A stretch of DNA of 64,000 nucleotides from an uncultured Planctomycetaceae bacterium (GCA_963833985.1 CAWIAD010000001.1:3360001-3424000), one strand, 5' to 3'. Shown: positions 1 to 10,725, numbered from the stretch's first letter. Notes: a model not told the origin generated them from the sequence alone. Made by a program: numbers and translations.

Positions 1-255
1 ACGACCGCGGGGCTTTCCGTCGAGCGAGAGAAAGAAATCCAGGTGCCGTACAAGAGGATCCAGATCTCGGGTCAACGGCTGGATCTGGTGGTTGGCGGGC
101 GCATCATCGTGGAGCTCAAGACCGTCGACTCGATAGCGCCCATCCATGAGGCCCAGTTGCTCTCATACCTCAAAACCACCGGGTTACGGCTTGGGTTCTT
201 GCTCAACTTCCGAATACCCGTTCTCAAGGACGGGATCCGGCGGTTGGTCCATTGA
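1..255 (+). CDS. GxxExxY family protein (PD-(D/E)XK-like), 5'-truncated by the window edge
   Basis: Frame is open from base 1. The motifs RLDLVV..IIVELK, HEAQLLSYLK and GFLLNF are typical of the GxxExxY C-terminal half. Confidence 0.85.
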   Translation, partial: TTAGLSVEREKEIQVPYKRIQISGQRLDLVVGGRIIVELKTVDSIAPIHEAQLLSYLKTTGLRLGFLLNFRIPVLKDGIRRLVH

Positions 256-272
256 GCCGTATTCCCTCCATT

Positions 273-480
273 CCTTCGTGATCTTCGTACCCCTTGTGGT
301 TCCACCCCCTCTTCCCCATGATTCACGCAACGTGCCTGCCTGTTCCTCGAGGCGTATTCTTGGATTCCTTCGTGATCTTCGTGCCCTTTGTGGTTTCAAT
401 CATCTTCCTGGTTCTTCGCCCGCGTGGCTCGCTGCCCGAGGCATGATCTCTCGACGTCCTTGATCCCTTCGTGGTTCAAT
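273..480 (+). repeat. Three dispersed ~30-bp elements built from 9-nt CTTCGTG-NN units ending in GTGGTT
   Basis: ccttcgtgatcttcgtaccccttgtggtt (273-301), ccttcgtgatcttcgtgccctttgtggtt (367-395) and a degenerate copy ending cccttcgtggttcaat (~450-480). Confidence 0.7.
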
Positions 481-570
481 CCCTCCTGGCATTTTGCGGC
501 GGTTGCGGGCACAATCGAGTTCCTGACAGAACGACGTGAAAGACAGACAGCCAGCGAGGGTTGTTCAACG

Positions 571-909
571 ATGGCCGATGTGATCAGCTACGATGATTTC
601 GCCAAGCTGGAGCTGCGCATCGCGAAGGTTCTCGAGGCGCGGCCCCACCCCAACGCCGACAAGCTCCTGCTCTTGCAGGTAGACCTGGGTGACGAGCAAA
701 AGCAGATCGTGGCGGGGCTGCGGCAGCATTACACGCCCGAGCAGCTCAGCGGCAAGCTCATCGTCATCGTCAACAACCTGGCGCCCGCGATGCTGCGCGG
801 CGAGACTTCCAATGGCATGCTGCTGGCGGCCACCTCGGGTGACAAAGTCATCGTGCTGACTCCCGACGACCCCGACTGCGCCGCCCGGGTCGAAGGTCAA
901 GTGAGCTGA
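571..909 (+). CDS. Stand-alone tRNA-binding OB-fold protein (MetRS C-terminal/Trbp111/CsaA family)
   Basis: MADVISYDDFAKLELRIAKV..HPNADKLL..NLAPAMLRGETSNGMLLAA. A probable indel near the 3' end makes ...GSKVK* (stop at 904) the likely true end. Confidence 0.88.
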   Translation: MADVISYDDFAKLELRIAKVLEARPHPNADKLLLLQVDLGDEQKQIVAGLRQHYTPEQLSGKLIVIVNNLAPAMLRGETSNGMLLAATSGDKVIVLTPDDPDCAARVEGQVS

Positions 910-944
910 CAGCAGGTGCATCGGGACCGCGAAGCGAAGACGGC

Positions 945-2538
945 ATGAGCGGAGCGCGAACACGCAACAACCCGCACGCGGACATGGGCGATTTCCAGAC
1001 GCCGCCGGGCCTGGTTGCGGCGATCCTCGCCACGCTGGGACCGATCGGCAAACGGTACAGCCGCGTCCTGGAACCGACGTGCGGCCACGGTGCGTTCTTG
1101 CGGGGCTTACTCGAGCACGAGTATCCGCCCCGCGAGCTTATCGGTATCGAGCTCCAGGAGTGCCATTGGGCCCAGGCCCAGGCACTCGCGCGCAGAGACG
1201 GGCCGTCTCGTCGAGGTTGTGCACGGCAATCTCTTCCGGATGAATCTCCGCGCTGGCCTTACGTGGCGTGGCGATGGGCCGCTCCTGGTTCTGGGCAACC
1301 CGCCCTGGATCACGGCCTCCGCCCTCGGCCGGCTCGAGAGCGGCAACCATCCGCAAAAGCGCAATCTCAACCAGTTACCGGGCCTGGCGGCGCGCACCGG
1401 CAGCGCGAACTTCGATATCGCGGAGGCCGTATGGATCAAGTTGATCGAGGAGCTGGCGCCGGAACGGCCGACGATCGCCTTGCTGTGCAAGACGGCCGTG
1501 GCGCGGAAGGTCCTCGAGTTCGTCCTGCGCCGGGACATTTCCGTGGTCGACACGGCGGTTCACAGGATCGACGCCGGGCGCTGGTTCGGCGCTGCCGTGA
1601 GCGCCTGCTTGCTTCGCTTCACCATCGGGGCGGGAAGATCGGACCACGGGATAAGGATTCCCGTGTTCGCGACGCTCGCCGCGAACGAGCCGTCCGAATT
1701 CATGAGCTTCCAGCAGGGACGGCTGACCGGCGATGCAGACGCCGTGCAGCAGCACGCCTTCGCGCTGGGAGCGTGCCCTCTCACCTGGCGGCAGGGCATC
1801 AAGCACGACGCCGCTGCGATCCTGGAACTGGTGCACGACACCGCGACGAACTCGTACCGCAATGGCCTGGGCAAGACCGTCAGCGTCGAGCCCGAGTTCC
1901 TCTATCCTTTGCGGAAGGGCACGGACCTGCGCAAGGCACCCGCCGATCGTCCCCGCCGAGCCCTGATCCTCACGCAGAACGGAATCGGCCAGCCCACCAG
2001 CCCGCTGGAACAAAGAGCGCCCAGGCTCTGGGATTACCTGCAACGCCACAAGTCTGCCTTCGCCGGCCGGAAATCATCGATCTACCGCGGGCAGCCGGCG
2101 TTCGCCATCTTCGGCGTGGGACCCTACAGCTTTGCTCCCTACAAGGTGGCGGTATGTGGTCTGTACCGCACGCCGAGCTTTCAGCTCGATGGCCCGATCG
2201 CCGGCCGACCGGTCATGGTCGATGACACGTGCTACCTGCTGCCGTGCACTTCGGCGGCCGAGGCCGCCGGGCTGTGCGCGCTGTATCAGGACCCGGCCGC
2301 GCTGGCGCTGATTCGGGCGCTGAGCTTCGCCGACGCCAAGCGGCCCGTGACCAAAGGGCTGTTGCAACGCATCGACGTGTCGGCGATCTTGATGCGAGCC
2401 GACCGTGCAGCGCTGCTCCGCCGCGCAGCCGACGCGCTGGCCGAGCAGGATGAACCGTGCCAGGAGGCGGAGCAGGGGCTGCCCGCGGCCATCGATCGGC
2501 TATCCCTACGGTTCCAGACCGAGCGTGATCCCACTTGA
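945..2538 (+). CDS. N6-adenine DNA methyltransferase, split by a frameshift near 1200
   Basis: GDFQTP and VLEPTCGHGAFL (motif I) in ORF 945. LLVLGNPPW (motif IV) in ORF 1015..2538. Confidence 0.8.
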
Positions 2539-2547
2539 GGAGAGACC

Positions 2548-3309
2548 ATGGCATTCGCCCGCATCAATTACTTCAGCCGATCGCTCGGGAAAGCCTCGTC
2601 GTTCAGCGTGGTCTTCCCGGATGATCCGTCGGTGCCCCGGCCCTACGCGGTCTTTTACCTGCTGCACGGGCTCTCCGACGACGACACGATCTGGATGCGC
2701 CGGACGAGTATTGAGCGGTACGTGGAAGGCATGCCGCTGGTCGTGGTGATGCCCGATGGCGGGCGGGGCTGGTATACCAACGCCCAGATTGGCCCGGCCT
2801 ACGAGGACGATCTGATCAAGGACGTGGTCGGGCTTGTGGATCGCACGCTGCCCGTGAAGGCCGAGCGCGCCGGCCGGGCGATTGGCGGGTTGTCGATGGG
2901 CGGCTACGGCGCGGTCAAGCTTGGGCTCAAGCACCACGCGATGTTCGCCAGTGTCAACTCGCACTCCGGCGCTCTGGCGATCCTCCAGGAGCCGCTGGAT
3001 ACCGAGGGCCGCAAGGACCTGGGCCCGGAGCTGGAGCGCCTCTTCGGCAAGAGCCCGAAAGGCGGCCCGGAGGATCCCTTCGGCATCGTCGAGCGGCTCG
3101 ATCACGGGCGCATCCCCGCCCTGCGTATCGACTGCGGCAAGGGAGACTTCCTGCTGGAACAGAACCGCGCGTTTCACCGCCATCTCGAAGCAATGCACAT
3201 TGCCCATGAGTACGAGGAGTTTGTCGGCGTGCATAGCTGGGAATACTGGGACGAACACGTGCGCGCAGCGATCGCCTTCCACGCACGGAACCTGAAGATC
3301 GCCCGGTAA
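2548..3309 (+). CDS. Alpha/beta hydrolase esterase (tributyrin esterase/S-formylglutathione hydrolase-like)
   Basis: YLLHGL, GLSMGG nucleophile elbow, DCG..D, G.HSWEYW. RBS GAGGAG upstream. Confidence 0.88.
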   Translation: MAFARINYFSRSLGKASSFSVVFPDDPSVPRPYAVFYLLHGLSDDDTIWMRRTSIERYVEGMPLVVVMPDGGRGWYTNAQIGPAYEDDLIKDVVGLVDRTLPVKAERAGRAIGGLSMGGYGAVKLGLKHHAMFASVNSHSGALAILQEPLDTEGRKDLGPELERLFGKSPKGGPEDPFGIVERLDHGRIPALRIDCGKGDFLLEQNRAFHRHLEAMHIAHEYEEFVGVHSWEYWDEHVRAAIAFHARNLKIAR

Positions 3310-3464
3310 TCGAGGCGCCCGCCGTTCGCACCCGCTTCGGCTCGGGCCCGTTATTCCACCGGCTGGCTTGAAAAGCGTAAAATGAGTCGAGTCAACCAGT
3401 TTTGTGGCGGTTCCGCGTTCCTGTGACCGGACCGGCCCGGGCGCGGGTGGGAGTCTTTCGGGTC

Positions 3465-5201
3465 GTGTTGCAGCAGCTTTCGGTGCAGAACCTGGCGCTG
3501 ATCGAGGACGTGCAGGTGGAGCTCGAAGGCGGCTTCTCCGCCTGGACCGGTGAGACCGGCGCGGGCAAGAGCCTGCTGCTGACGGCGCTGGGGCTGGTGC
3601 TGGGCGGCAAGGCCTCGTCCGAGTTCGTCCGCGCGGGCAAGAGCGAGGCGCGCGCGTCCGCGGTGTTCGAGATTGGCGACCGGGTGCTCCGCGAGAAGCT
3701 GGAGGCCATCCTGGGCGCGATCATTGAGGAAGACGTGTTGATCATCACGCGGCGTGTCAGCGGCCAGGGCCGCAGTATGGCGCAGGCGAACGGTACGCCC
3801 GTGACGATCGGGACGCTCGAGCGGCTGGGAGCGCTTCTGGTCGACATCCACGGTCAGCACGAGGGCCGCGCGCTGCTCGATCCGGACGGCCAGCGCGCGC
3901 TGATGGACGGCTTCGGCAAGCTCGAGGGGCCTTTGGAGGCCTATCGCACGGCCCGCGCCGGCCACGACGCCCTGCGCCGCAAGCGCCAGCAACTGCTCGA
4001 CGCCACGCTGGCCAGGCAGCGCGAGCGCGCCCTGCTCGAGTTCGAGCGCGATGAGCTGGAAGCCGCCGATCCGAGGACTGGCGAGTACGACGAGCTGATG
4101 CGGCAGTCGCATGCGATGGCCAGCGCGGAGGCGATCCGGGCGGCCGCCACGGAGGGATACGGCTTGCTCTACGAGGCCGATCACTCGGCCCAGGAGCTGC
4201 TCAAGCGCGTGGCCCGCAACCTTGAACCGCTGGCCGCGGCCGCGCCCGAGCTGGCCGACGCGGCCGCCAGCCTGGCGCGCCTGGCCGGTGAGACGCGCGA
4301 GGTGGCCTACACCCTGCGCGACCTGGGCGAGCAGTGGGAGGACGATCCGCGGCGTCTCGAGGAGATCGAGACGCGCCTGGCGCTCTATCGCCGGCTGGCC
4401 GGCCGGTTCCATTGCACGCCCGATGCCCTGGCCGACCGCAGGGTAGCCACGGCGGCCAGGCTTGCGGCCATCGCGCGTGACGAGGAAGACCTGGGCTCGC
4501 TGGACGTGCCGCTGGCTCAGTCGTTTGCCGCGCTCAAGAAAGTCGCGGCCAAACTCTCGAGCGCGCGAAGGAAGACGGCGGAGCGCTTCACCACGGCCAT
4601 CCAGGGTCAGCTCCGATCCCTCGGGCTGGAGAAGTCGCGGATCTCCGTCGAGGTCGAATCGCGCGAACTGGGCGCTGATCCTGCGGCCGCGGCTGCTCCC
4701 GAATCGGGCCTGGACTCGGTCGAGATGCTCTTCCTGGCCAATCCCGGCGAGTCGCCCAGGCCGTTGCGGAAGATCGCCTCAGGCGGTGAGCTGTCGCGGG
4801 TGACGCTGGCGGCCAAGACCGTACTAGCCGGGGTGGACCGTGTTCCCACACTGATCTTTGACGAGATCGACACGGGCGTCGGCGGCCGGCTGGGATCGGC
4901 GCTCGGCAAGGCCCTGGGCGCTCTGGCACGCCATCACCAGGTCGTATGCATCACCCATCTGCCGCAACTCGCTTCCCACGCGCACCACCAGTGGGTGATC
5001 CGCAAGCACGTGGAGCGAGGACGCACGAGCACCACCATCACCCTGCTCTCCGACGCCGACCGCGTGCACGAACTGGCGCTGATGCTGCGCGGCGAGTCGG
5101 CCGCGGAGGGAACCCGGCAGGAGGCACTCGACATGCTCCGCGAGGCACAGGGCGCCGAGAAGCGAGCCACGGGAACCAATGGCCGCGTCCGGCGGCGGTA
5201 A
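3465..5201 (+). CDS. recN: DNA repair protein RecN
   Basis: TGETGAGKS Walker A, DIHGQHE, KIASGGELSR, IFDEIDTGVGG, QVVCITHLPQLA. Confidence 0.96.
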   Translation: MLQQLSVQNLALIEDVQVELEGGFSAWTGETGAGKSLLLTALGLVLGGKASSEFVRAGKSEARASAVFEIGDRVLREKLEAILGAIIEEDVLIITRRVSGQGRSMAQANGTPVTIGTLERLGALLVDIHGQHEGRALLDPDGQRALMDGFGKLEGPLEAYRTARAGHDALRRKRQQLLDATLARQRERALLEFERDELEAADPRTGEYDELMRQSHAMASAEAIRAAATEGYGLLYEADHSAQELLKRVARNLEPLAAAAPELADAAASLARLAGETREVAYTLRDLGEQWEDDPRRLEEIETRLALYRRLAGRFHCTPDALADRRVATAARLAAIARDEEDLGSLDVPLAQSFAALKKVAAKLSSARRKTAERFTTAIQGQLRSLGLEKSRISVEVESRELGADPAAAAAPESGLDSVEMLFLANPGESPRPLRKIASGGELSRVTLAAKTVLAGVDRVPTLIFDEIDTGVGGRLGSALGKALGALARHHQVVCITHLPQLASHAHHQWVIRKHVERGRTSTTITLLSDADRVHELALMLRGESAAEGTRQEALDMLREAQGAEKRATGTNGRVRRR

Positions 5202-5247
5202 ATGACCGTGCGGCCAGGTCTCTCCCACCCAGGTTGAGGAACAGCCC

Positions 5248-7065
5248 TTGGCGACCAGTCCTGACTTACCGGAGACAACGGCACTTGCCCGGCCCACCCC
5301 GGGAGCGCCTGCGGTGCGGAGTTTACCGTGCGATCCGGGTACGGGCCTGTTCGTCGGGTCGATCTGGATGGCGATGCTGGTCCTGGCGGTTGTTTACGTG
5401 CTGCGGTTTGGTGCGGATGTCCCCCTCTGGGATGATTACGCGGTGGTCCCCCAGCTCGCCGGCACTGAACCGGTCACGATCGGCTGGCTGTGGTCGCAAC
5501 ACAGCGAGCACCGGATCCCGCTCGCCCGGCTCATCCTGCTCGGGGCGTTCCGGTCAAGCGGGGCGGATCCCCGACCGGTCATGCTGCTGATCGTCGGGTT
5601 GCTCGGTGCGCTCGCCGTCGGGCTGCTGCTGGCGGTTCGCCGAGTTCGCGGATCGTGGCATGCGGCGGACGCGTTCCTGCCGCTCGTGCTCCTGAACCTG
5701 GGTCAGCATGAGAACTTCCTCTGGAGCATCCAGATCACCTACGTGCTGGCCGTGGTCCTCCTCGGAGTGGTTCTGGCCGTGGTGGTGCGCAGCCGTGAGG
5801 TTCCGGGCCTGGGCAGCCTGGCCCTTGCGTCGCTCTGCATGAGCCTCATGCCCCTCTGCAACGCGGGAGGACTGGCCTTCCTTCCCGCACTTCTCCTCTG
5901 GCTCTGGCTGCTGGCCGCGGGCGTGCTGGTGCGGCATGGGGCGGCCGGCCGACGGCGGGCACTGGCCATCGCGGCGTTCTCGTTGCCTCCCCTGGTTTTG
6001 ATGGGTCTCTACCTGCACGGCTATTCGGCGCCCGCTCACCACGCCGCGCCGGGAGACGCTACGGCCGTGGCCCGGACAACGCTCCAGTTTCTGGCCATGA
6101 GCCTGGGCGAGCCTGGCGCCCGTCTCTGGCCGGCCTCCGGACTGCTGGTGCTGGCACTCTTGCTCAGTGCTACGGCCTTGCTGGCGTGGGTCTGGATCAG
6201 GCAGCCCGCGGAGCGCGCCAGGATCGAGGGACTGGCCTGGGTGCTGGCCGCCGTGGTCTCGCTGGCGCTCGGCTCCGGCTGGGGCCGGTCCGGTGAGGGC
6301 GTGCTCGCTGGTCTCCAGCCGCGCTACACCACGCTGGCGGCTCCCGCACTGCTGGTCAGTTACTTCGCCCTGTCTTGTTACGGCTGGCGGGCAAGCCGCA
6401 CATTCTGCCCCCTGATCCTGTTTTTCCTTGGCTGTGTGCTGTTGTGGCCAAACATCGAAACCGCCTGGACCACTGGCGACGCTGCGCACCGCAAGGCCCT
6501 TGCCGTCGATCGCGACCTGGCGTCGGGCGTCCCCTTGTTCCGTCTGGTGCGCCGGCACACGCCGTTCCTCCATCCTTCGCAGGAGATTCTGCACGAGTCG
6601 CTCTCGCTGTTGCAACGCGCCGGGATCGGCAGGTTCCGGTCGATCCAGGACGATCCGCCCTTCGGGGAACAGCCCGTGCCCCTGCAACCGGTCGAAGTCC
6701 GGCTGGCGCGATGGAACGAGGGCCGCATCGAGGTGACGGGGCTCGACCCCTGGATCCGCTTCAACCTGGCCGCGCCGCTCTACGTCTGCGGCGTGCGGAT
6801 GCGGTATGCCCACGCCGCGGCCAATGGGGCTCCGGCCCATTTCCGGATGGCCTGGCGCGGCCCCACCCTGGCTGATCTGCCCATCGAGCCGCAGTACGGT
6901 AACTGGAACCTCCCCACCGGTCCCGACCAGACGACGACGATCTGGATTGACGACTGGATCTCCCAGATCCGGATTCAGCCCGACAACCACCCGTGCACCT
7001 TTGAGCTGCGCACGTTGACCCTGTTGTTGCCCACTGCACAATTCAGCGACGAGACCAGGAAGTGA
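5248..7065 (+). CDS. Multi-pass membrane protein, GT-C glycosyltransferase-like, with a soluble C-terminal domain
   Basis: N-terminal TM then DVPLWDDY and QHSEHRIPL loop motifs, about 10 hydrophobic segments, and a hydrophilic C-terminus. Confidence 0.6.
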   Translation: MATSPDLPETTALARPTPGAPAVRSLPCDPGTGLFVGSIWMAMLVLAVVYVLRFGADVPLWDDYAVVPQLAGTEPVTIGWLWSQHSEHRIPLARLILLGAFRSSGADPRPVMLLIVGLLGALAVGLLLAVRRVRGSWHAADAFLPLVLLNLGQHENFLWSIQITYVLAVVLLGVVLAVVVRSREVPGLGSLALASLCMSLMPLCNAGGLAFLPALLLWLWLLAAGVLVRHGAAGRRRALAIAAFSLPPLVLMGLYLHGYSAPAHHAAPGDATAVARTTLQFLAMSLGEPGARLWPASGLLVLALLLSATALLAWVWIRQPAERARIEGLAWVLAAVVSLALGSGWGRSGEGVLAGLQPRYTTLAAPALLVSYFALSCYGWRASRTFCPLILFFLGCVLLWPNIETAWTTGDAAHRKALAVDRDLASGVPLFRLVRRHTPFLHPSQEILHESLSLLQRAGIGRFRSIQDDPPFGEQPVPLQPVEVRLARWNEGRIEVTGLDPWIRFNLAAPLYVCGVRMRYAHAAANGAPAHFRMAWRGPTLADLPIEPQYGNWNLPTGPDQTTTIWIDDWISQIRIQPDNHPCTFELRTLTLLLPTAQFSDETRK

Positions 7066-8798
7066 AGCAGTCCCGAACCGCCACCAGCTTCGTTGCCACG
7101 CCGGGAACGCTCCGGACGGCCTGGCTCAGGCGGCCAGTCGGCCGTGGCGGCGTGGTCGTGCTGGTGCTGCTGCTCGCGGCCGCTCCCTGGGTCCTGTTCT
7201 TCGATCCATTCGCCGGTTTGAGGCAGGGACACATTCCGCGTGATCCGGCGGCGATCTATCGTCTCTACAGTGATGACTTCGCCTACGTGGCGGCCTCGCG
7301 CACGCTGCCGAGGACGGTAGTCAACCTGTTCGCCCCGCACAACACGCACATCGTTCCGGCCTGGCGGGTGCTGACCTGGGCGCTGGTGGCCTCGGCCGGC
7401 GCGCTCGAGAAGCTGCCGCCGGTGCTGGCCGAAGCGGCCTACGGCATCCTCATCGCCGCGATGCTTCTGACCGGCCGGTTCGTCGCGCGTGAGACGGGCC
7501 GCTCCGGCGCGGGGCTGGCGGCAATGACCGCCGTGGGCCTGACCTCGGTGATGGCGTCTCCGGCCTGCTGGTACTCGGCCGGCCAGACGCTGTGGGCCGG
7601 CTTCGCTATCCTGGCCAGTCTCTGGTACGCCCAGTGCTGGCGGAGGCGGCCACGGCTCGCCGCGCTGGTCCCCGGCGGCGTTGCGGCGGCGCTGGGAGGC
7701 TGGTTCTGGACCATCGGCTACCTGGCCGGACCTGTCGCGGCGGTCTATCTCTGGCTCGACGGCCGGCGGCGGTGCCGCATCGCGGCCGCGGTGCCGCTCG
7801 CTGCGGCAATCGCGGCGTTCCTGCTGGCCATGGCCCTGGGCGGGGGCAGGATCGACAGCACCGTCAGCTTTCACGGCCGCAAGCCGGGTGAGGCCGCGCG
7901 TCCCGTGGAGGGTCTGCTTCATACAGCGCAGGCCATCCCGGAAAACCTGGTCCTCGGCAACCTGGGGCTCAAGGCCCAGACCACGGCCGCACAGGGGGCG
8001 GTGCTTTGCGCGCTCTTGTTTGGCGTCTGGGCCGGCGGCCGCTTGCGCACGCGTAGGCTCGGTGCGTTCAACCCGCTCGAGTGCACGGGGCTGGCCCTCG
8101 TGCTGGGGAGTTACCTGGTGGAGTGGACCGTACGCGGCTATTTGCCGTTCCGGTCCCTGCGCACCATCAGCCTGGGAATGATCGTTCCCTGGTACGACGC
8201 CGTGCCGCAGATTGGCGCGGTCCTGTTCATCGCCGGCTGGTGGGCCGGACCGCGCACCGCGGGCCAGCGGCCGCCGGTCCTGCGAGCCACCGCGTCACCG
8301 AGTCGCGCGGCCGCGCTCGGAGTCCTCGGCTTGATGGCGGTTCTGCTGGTTCTGAACCGTCCCAGGGTGGACCTGCTCTGGCGCAACTGGGTGCCTCCGC
8401 CGTCGCCCGCGGAGTTGCAGCGGTTTCCAATCCTTTCCTTGCAGTCGATGCGCGCCACCGCACTACTGCTCGACCGAGCTGACTGGCAGCGCCGGCACCT
8501 GCGACGACTGGACCAGGCGCAGCAGGTCGCTGCGCGGTCCGGGATCGGCCGGGATGGAATCCGTGCGGCTTTCGGTCGGCTCGACGCGCCGGAGCTTCCT
8601 GACGTCTACGATGCCGCCGGCCTGCTCGACCTTCCCGAACACGGGCGGATCACCGATGTGGAGCTGATCCGTCGGGTGCTGGGGCCTTTTCTTTTCAAGG
8701 AGAACGCGCCTCGGCCGCCCTGGCTCCCTGCATCAGAGCCCTGGCCGCCCGTGGATCGGCCGCACTGGTCCGAGTCGGACGTGGATGTTTCTGATTGA
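7062..8798 (+). CDS. Multi-pass membrane protein, GT-C-like
   Basis: Overlaps the previous stop (GTGA). YSDDFAY and HNTHIVPAWR loop motifs, many TM segments. Confidence 0.55.
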   Translation: MKQSRTATSFVATPGTLRTAWLRRPVGRGGVVVLVLLLAAAPWVLFFDPFAGLRQGHIPRDPAAIYRLYSDDFAYVAASRTLPRTVVNLFAPHNTHIVPAWRVLTWALVASAGALEKLPPVLAEAAYGILIAAMLLTGRFVARETGRSGAGLAAMTAVGLTSVMASPACWYSAGQTLWAGFAILASLWYAQCWRRRPRLAALVPGGVAAALGGWFWTIGYLAGPVAAVYLWLDGRRRCRIAAAVPLAAAIAAFLLAMALGGGRIDSTVSFHGRKPGEAARPVEGLLHTAQAIPENLVLGNLGLKAQTTAAQGAVLCALLFGVWAGGRLRTRRLGAFNPLECTGLALVLGSYLVEWTVRGYLPFRSLRTISLGMIVPWYDAVPQIGAVLFIAGWWAGPRTAGQRPPVLRATASPSRAAALGVLGLMAVLLVLNRPRVDLLWRNWVPPPSPAELQRFPILSLQSMRATALLLDRADWQRRHLRRLDQAQQVAARSGIGRDGIRAAFGRLDAPELPDVYDAAGLLDLPEHGRITDVELIRRVLGPFLFKENAPRPPWLPASEPWPPVDRPHWSESDVDVSD

Positions 8799-8874
8799 GC
8801 CCGGCGGAAGGTCGTGAGCGAAACCGACGGCGCGGCGACCTCCGGCAGTGCCTCGGTCCCCGCGTTGCTTGCGG

Positions 8875-10311
8875 TCAGTACGGCGTTCCCTCGTCGATGG
8901 GCGGCTCGGCCAGCGTGGAGAGATTCTCGAAGCGCGTGAGGTTCTTGAGGAAGGTCAGCTTGACGCTGCCGGTCGGGCCGTTGCGGTTCTTGGCGATGAT
9001 GATTTCGGCCAGCCCGGGCTGGTCATTGGGATCGTAATAATCGGGCCGGTGCAGCAAGAGAACGATGTCGGCATCCTGCTCGATGGCGCCTGACTCGCGA
9101 AGGTCGGCCATGCGGGGCCGGCGATCCTCGCGGCTCTCCACGGCCCGGTTCAACTGCGACAGCGCGATCACCGGCACGTGCAGCTCACGGGCCAGCGTCT
9201 TGAGCCGCCGGCTGATCTTGGCGATCTGCTCCTGGCGGCTGTCTCTCGATTCCTCGGCATCCACGAGCTGAATGTAGTCGACGACGATCAGCCCCAAGCC
9301 TTTGCGCAGCTTCAGCCGTGGCGCCGAGGCCGTGATCTGGAGCATGTTGCGGGCGGGGGTCGAATCAATGAAGAACGGGGCCTTCTCCAGCTCCACGTAG
9401 GCCTTGCCAAGCTTGTTCAGTTCGCGGTGGTCCAGACCAAAGCCCTTTCGCAGCTTGTGGCTGTCCACGCGTGACCGCGACCAGAGGAGCCGCTCGGTGA
9501 CCTCCAGGTCCCCCATCTCCAGGCTGACCATGAGAACGGGCACGTTCTGGGTGAGGGACGCGAATTCACAGATGTTCAAGGCCACCGCGGTCTTTCCCAT
9601 GCTCGGCCGGGCCGCGATGATGATGAGCTGATCGGCATGGAAGCCGTTGGTGTAATCGTCCAGGTCGAGGAACCCGGACCCAACGCCGGTGACGGGGTGC
9701 TTCTCGACGGCCCGCTTCTCGATCAGGTCCATGGCCCTGGCCAGGATCTCCTTGAGCTCGTGCGTTTCTCCACGGGTCTGATCCTCGGCGATTGTGAAGA
9801 TCTTCTGCTCGGCCGATTCCAGGAGCTGCTGGGCCGTGTACAGGTTGGAATAGCCCTCGCGGATGATCTCGGTGGCACTCTGGATGAGATGCCGGCTGAT
9901 GGATTTCTGGCGAACCAGCTCGGCGTGATAGCGCGCGTTGGCCGCGTGCGGCACGCTGTTGGCGATCTCCAGCAGCATCTCGTCGCCGCCAATCTGGCTG
10001 AACTGGTCGCGGCGGATCAGCTCGTCTGCCAGGGTGACCGCGTCAACGCCCTTCCCCGCAGTGTAAAGCTCGCTGATGGCCCGAAAGATCACCTGATGCG
10101 CATCCCTGTAGAAATCGTCGGCGGTCAGGAACTGGGCTATGTCGTGAAGCACCTCGTTGTCCAGCAAGATCCCGCCCAGCAACCAGCGCTCGGCCTCCAG
10201 ATTCTGTGGAGGCAGGTGATCCGCGAGCGAGCCGCTCGGGCCGGACAGCGGCACGCTACCATTGCCTCCGCCCGTCTTTCCATTGCCATGACCGCTTGGT
10301 TGAGACCCCAT
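8875..10311 (-). CDS. dnaB: Replicative DNA helicase DnaB
   Basis: PPQNLEAE, AARPSMGKT, IVVDYIQL, ALSQLNR, DLRESGAIEQDAD, IIAKNRNGPTG. No intein seen. Confidence 0.97.
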   Translation of the reverse strand: MGSQPSGHGNGKTGGGNGSVPLSGPSGSLADHLPPQNLEAERWLLGGILLDNEVLHDIAQFLTADDFYRDAHQVIFRAISELYTAGKGVDAVTLADELIRRDQFSQIGGDEMLLEIANSVPHAANARYHAELVRQKSISRHLIQSATEIIREGYSNLYTAQQLLESAEQKIFTIAEDQTRGETHELKEILARAMDLIEKRAVEKHPVTGVGSGFLDLDDYTNGFHADQLIIIAARPSMGKTAVALNICEFASLTQNVPVLMVSLEMGDLEVTERLLWSRSRVDSHKLRKGFGLDHRELNKLGKAYVELEKAPFFIDSTPARNMLQITASAPRLKLRKGLGLIVVDYIQLVDAEESRDSRQEQIAKISRRLKTLARELHVPVIALSQLNRAVESREDRRPRMADLRESGAIEQDADIVLLLHRPDYYDPNDQPGLAEIIIAKNRNGPTGSVKLTFLKNLTRFENLSTLAEPPIDEGTPY

Positions 10312-10725
10312 ACCGCGCGAATCTCCCCGAGAGACAGACGCCATGCGGAACCACAAACTTGTGCCCAGAGCGCGTCCGCCAGCTCCATCACGGCTTCATT
10401 ATCCGGACCCCCACGCCACCCGTGGAAGTGGCAGACCGGTCCTCATCGACCCAGCGCAACCCTTCTGAACAATCGTATCGGTTCGCGGGTGCGCAAGGCA
10501 TCGCAAAAAAAGCCGGAAAAAAGAGCACGGTCACCGACTCATGCGGCGCCGGCCGTGCTCCGTGCAACCACGATTCGCAGCGCTCAAAAAAAAGGGATGC
10601 AACATGTCGAGCGGCGCCGCGAGGGAACCTGCAAGAACCCGGCCACCTGCATCGGGACTCGCGACCGGACCGGCGTGCTGCTGGCCTGGCTAGAAAAATG
10701 CCAGGGCGGTGCTGCACCGCCACGA

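Noticed and set aside
273..480. Mini CRISPR array
   Set aside because: The copies are degenerate, internally 9-nt periodic and non-palindromic, and no cas genes are present.
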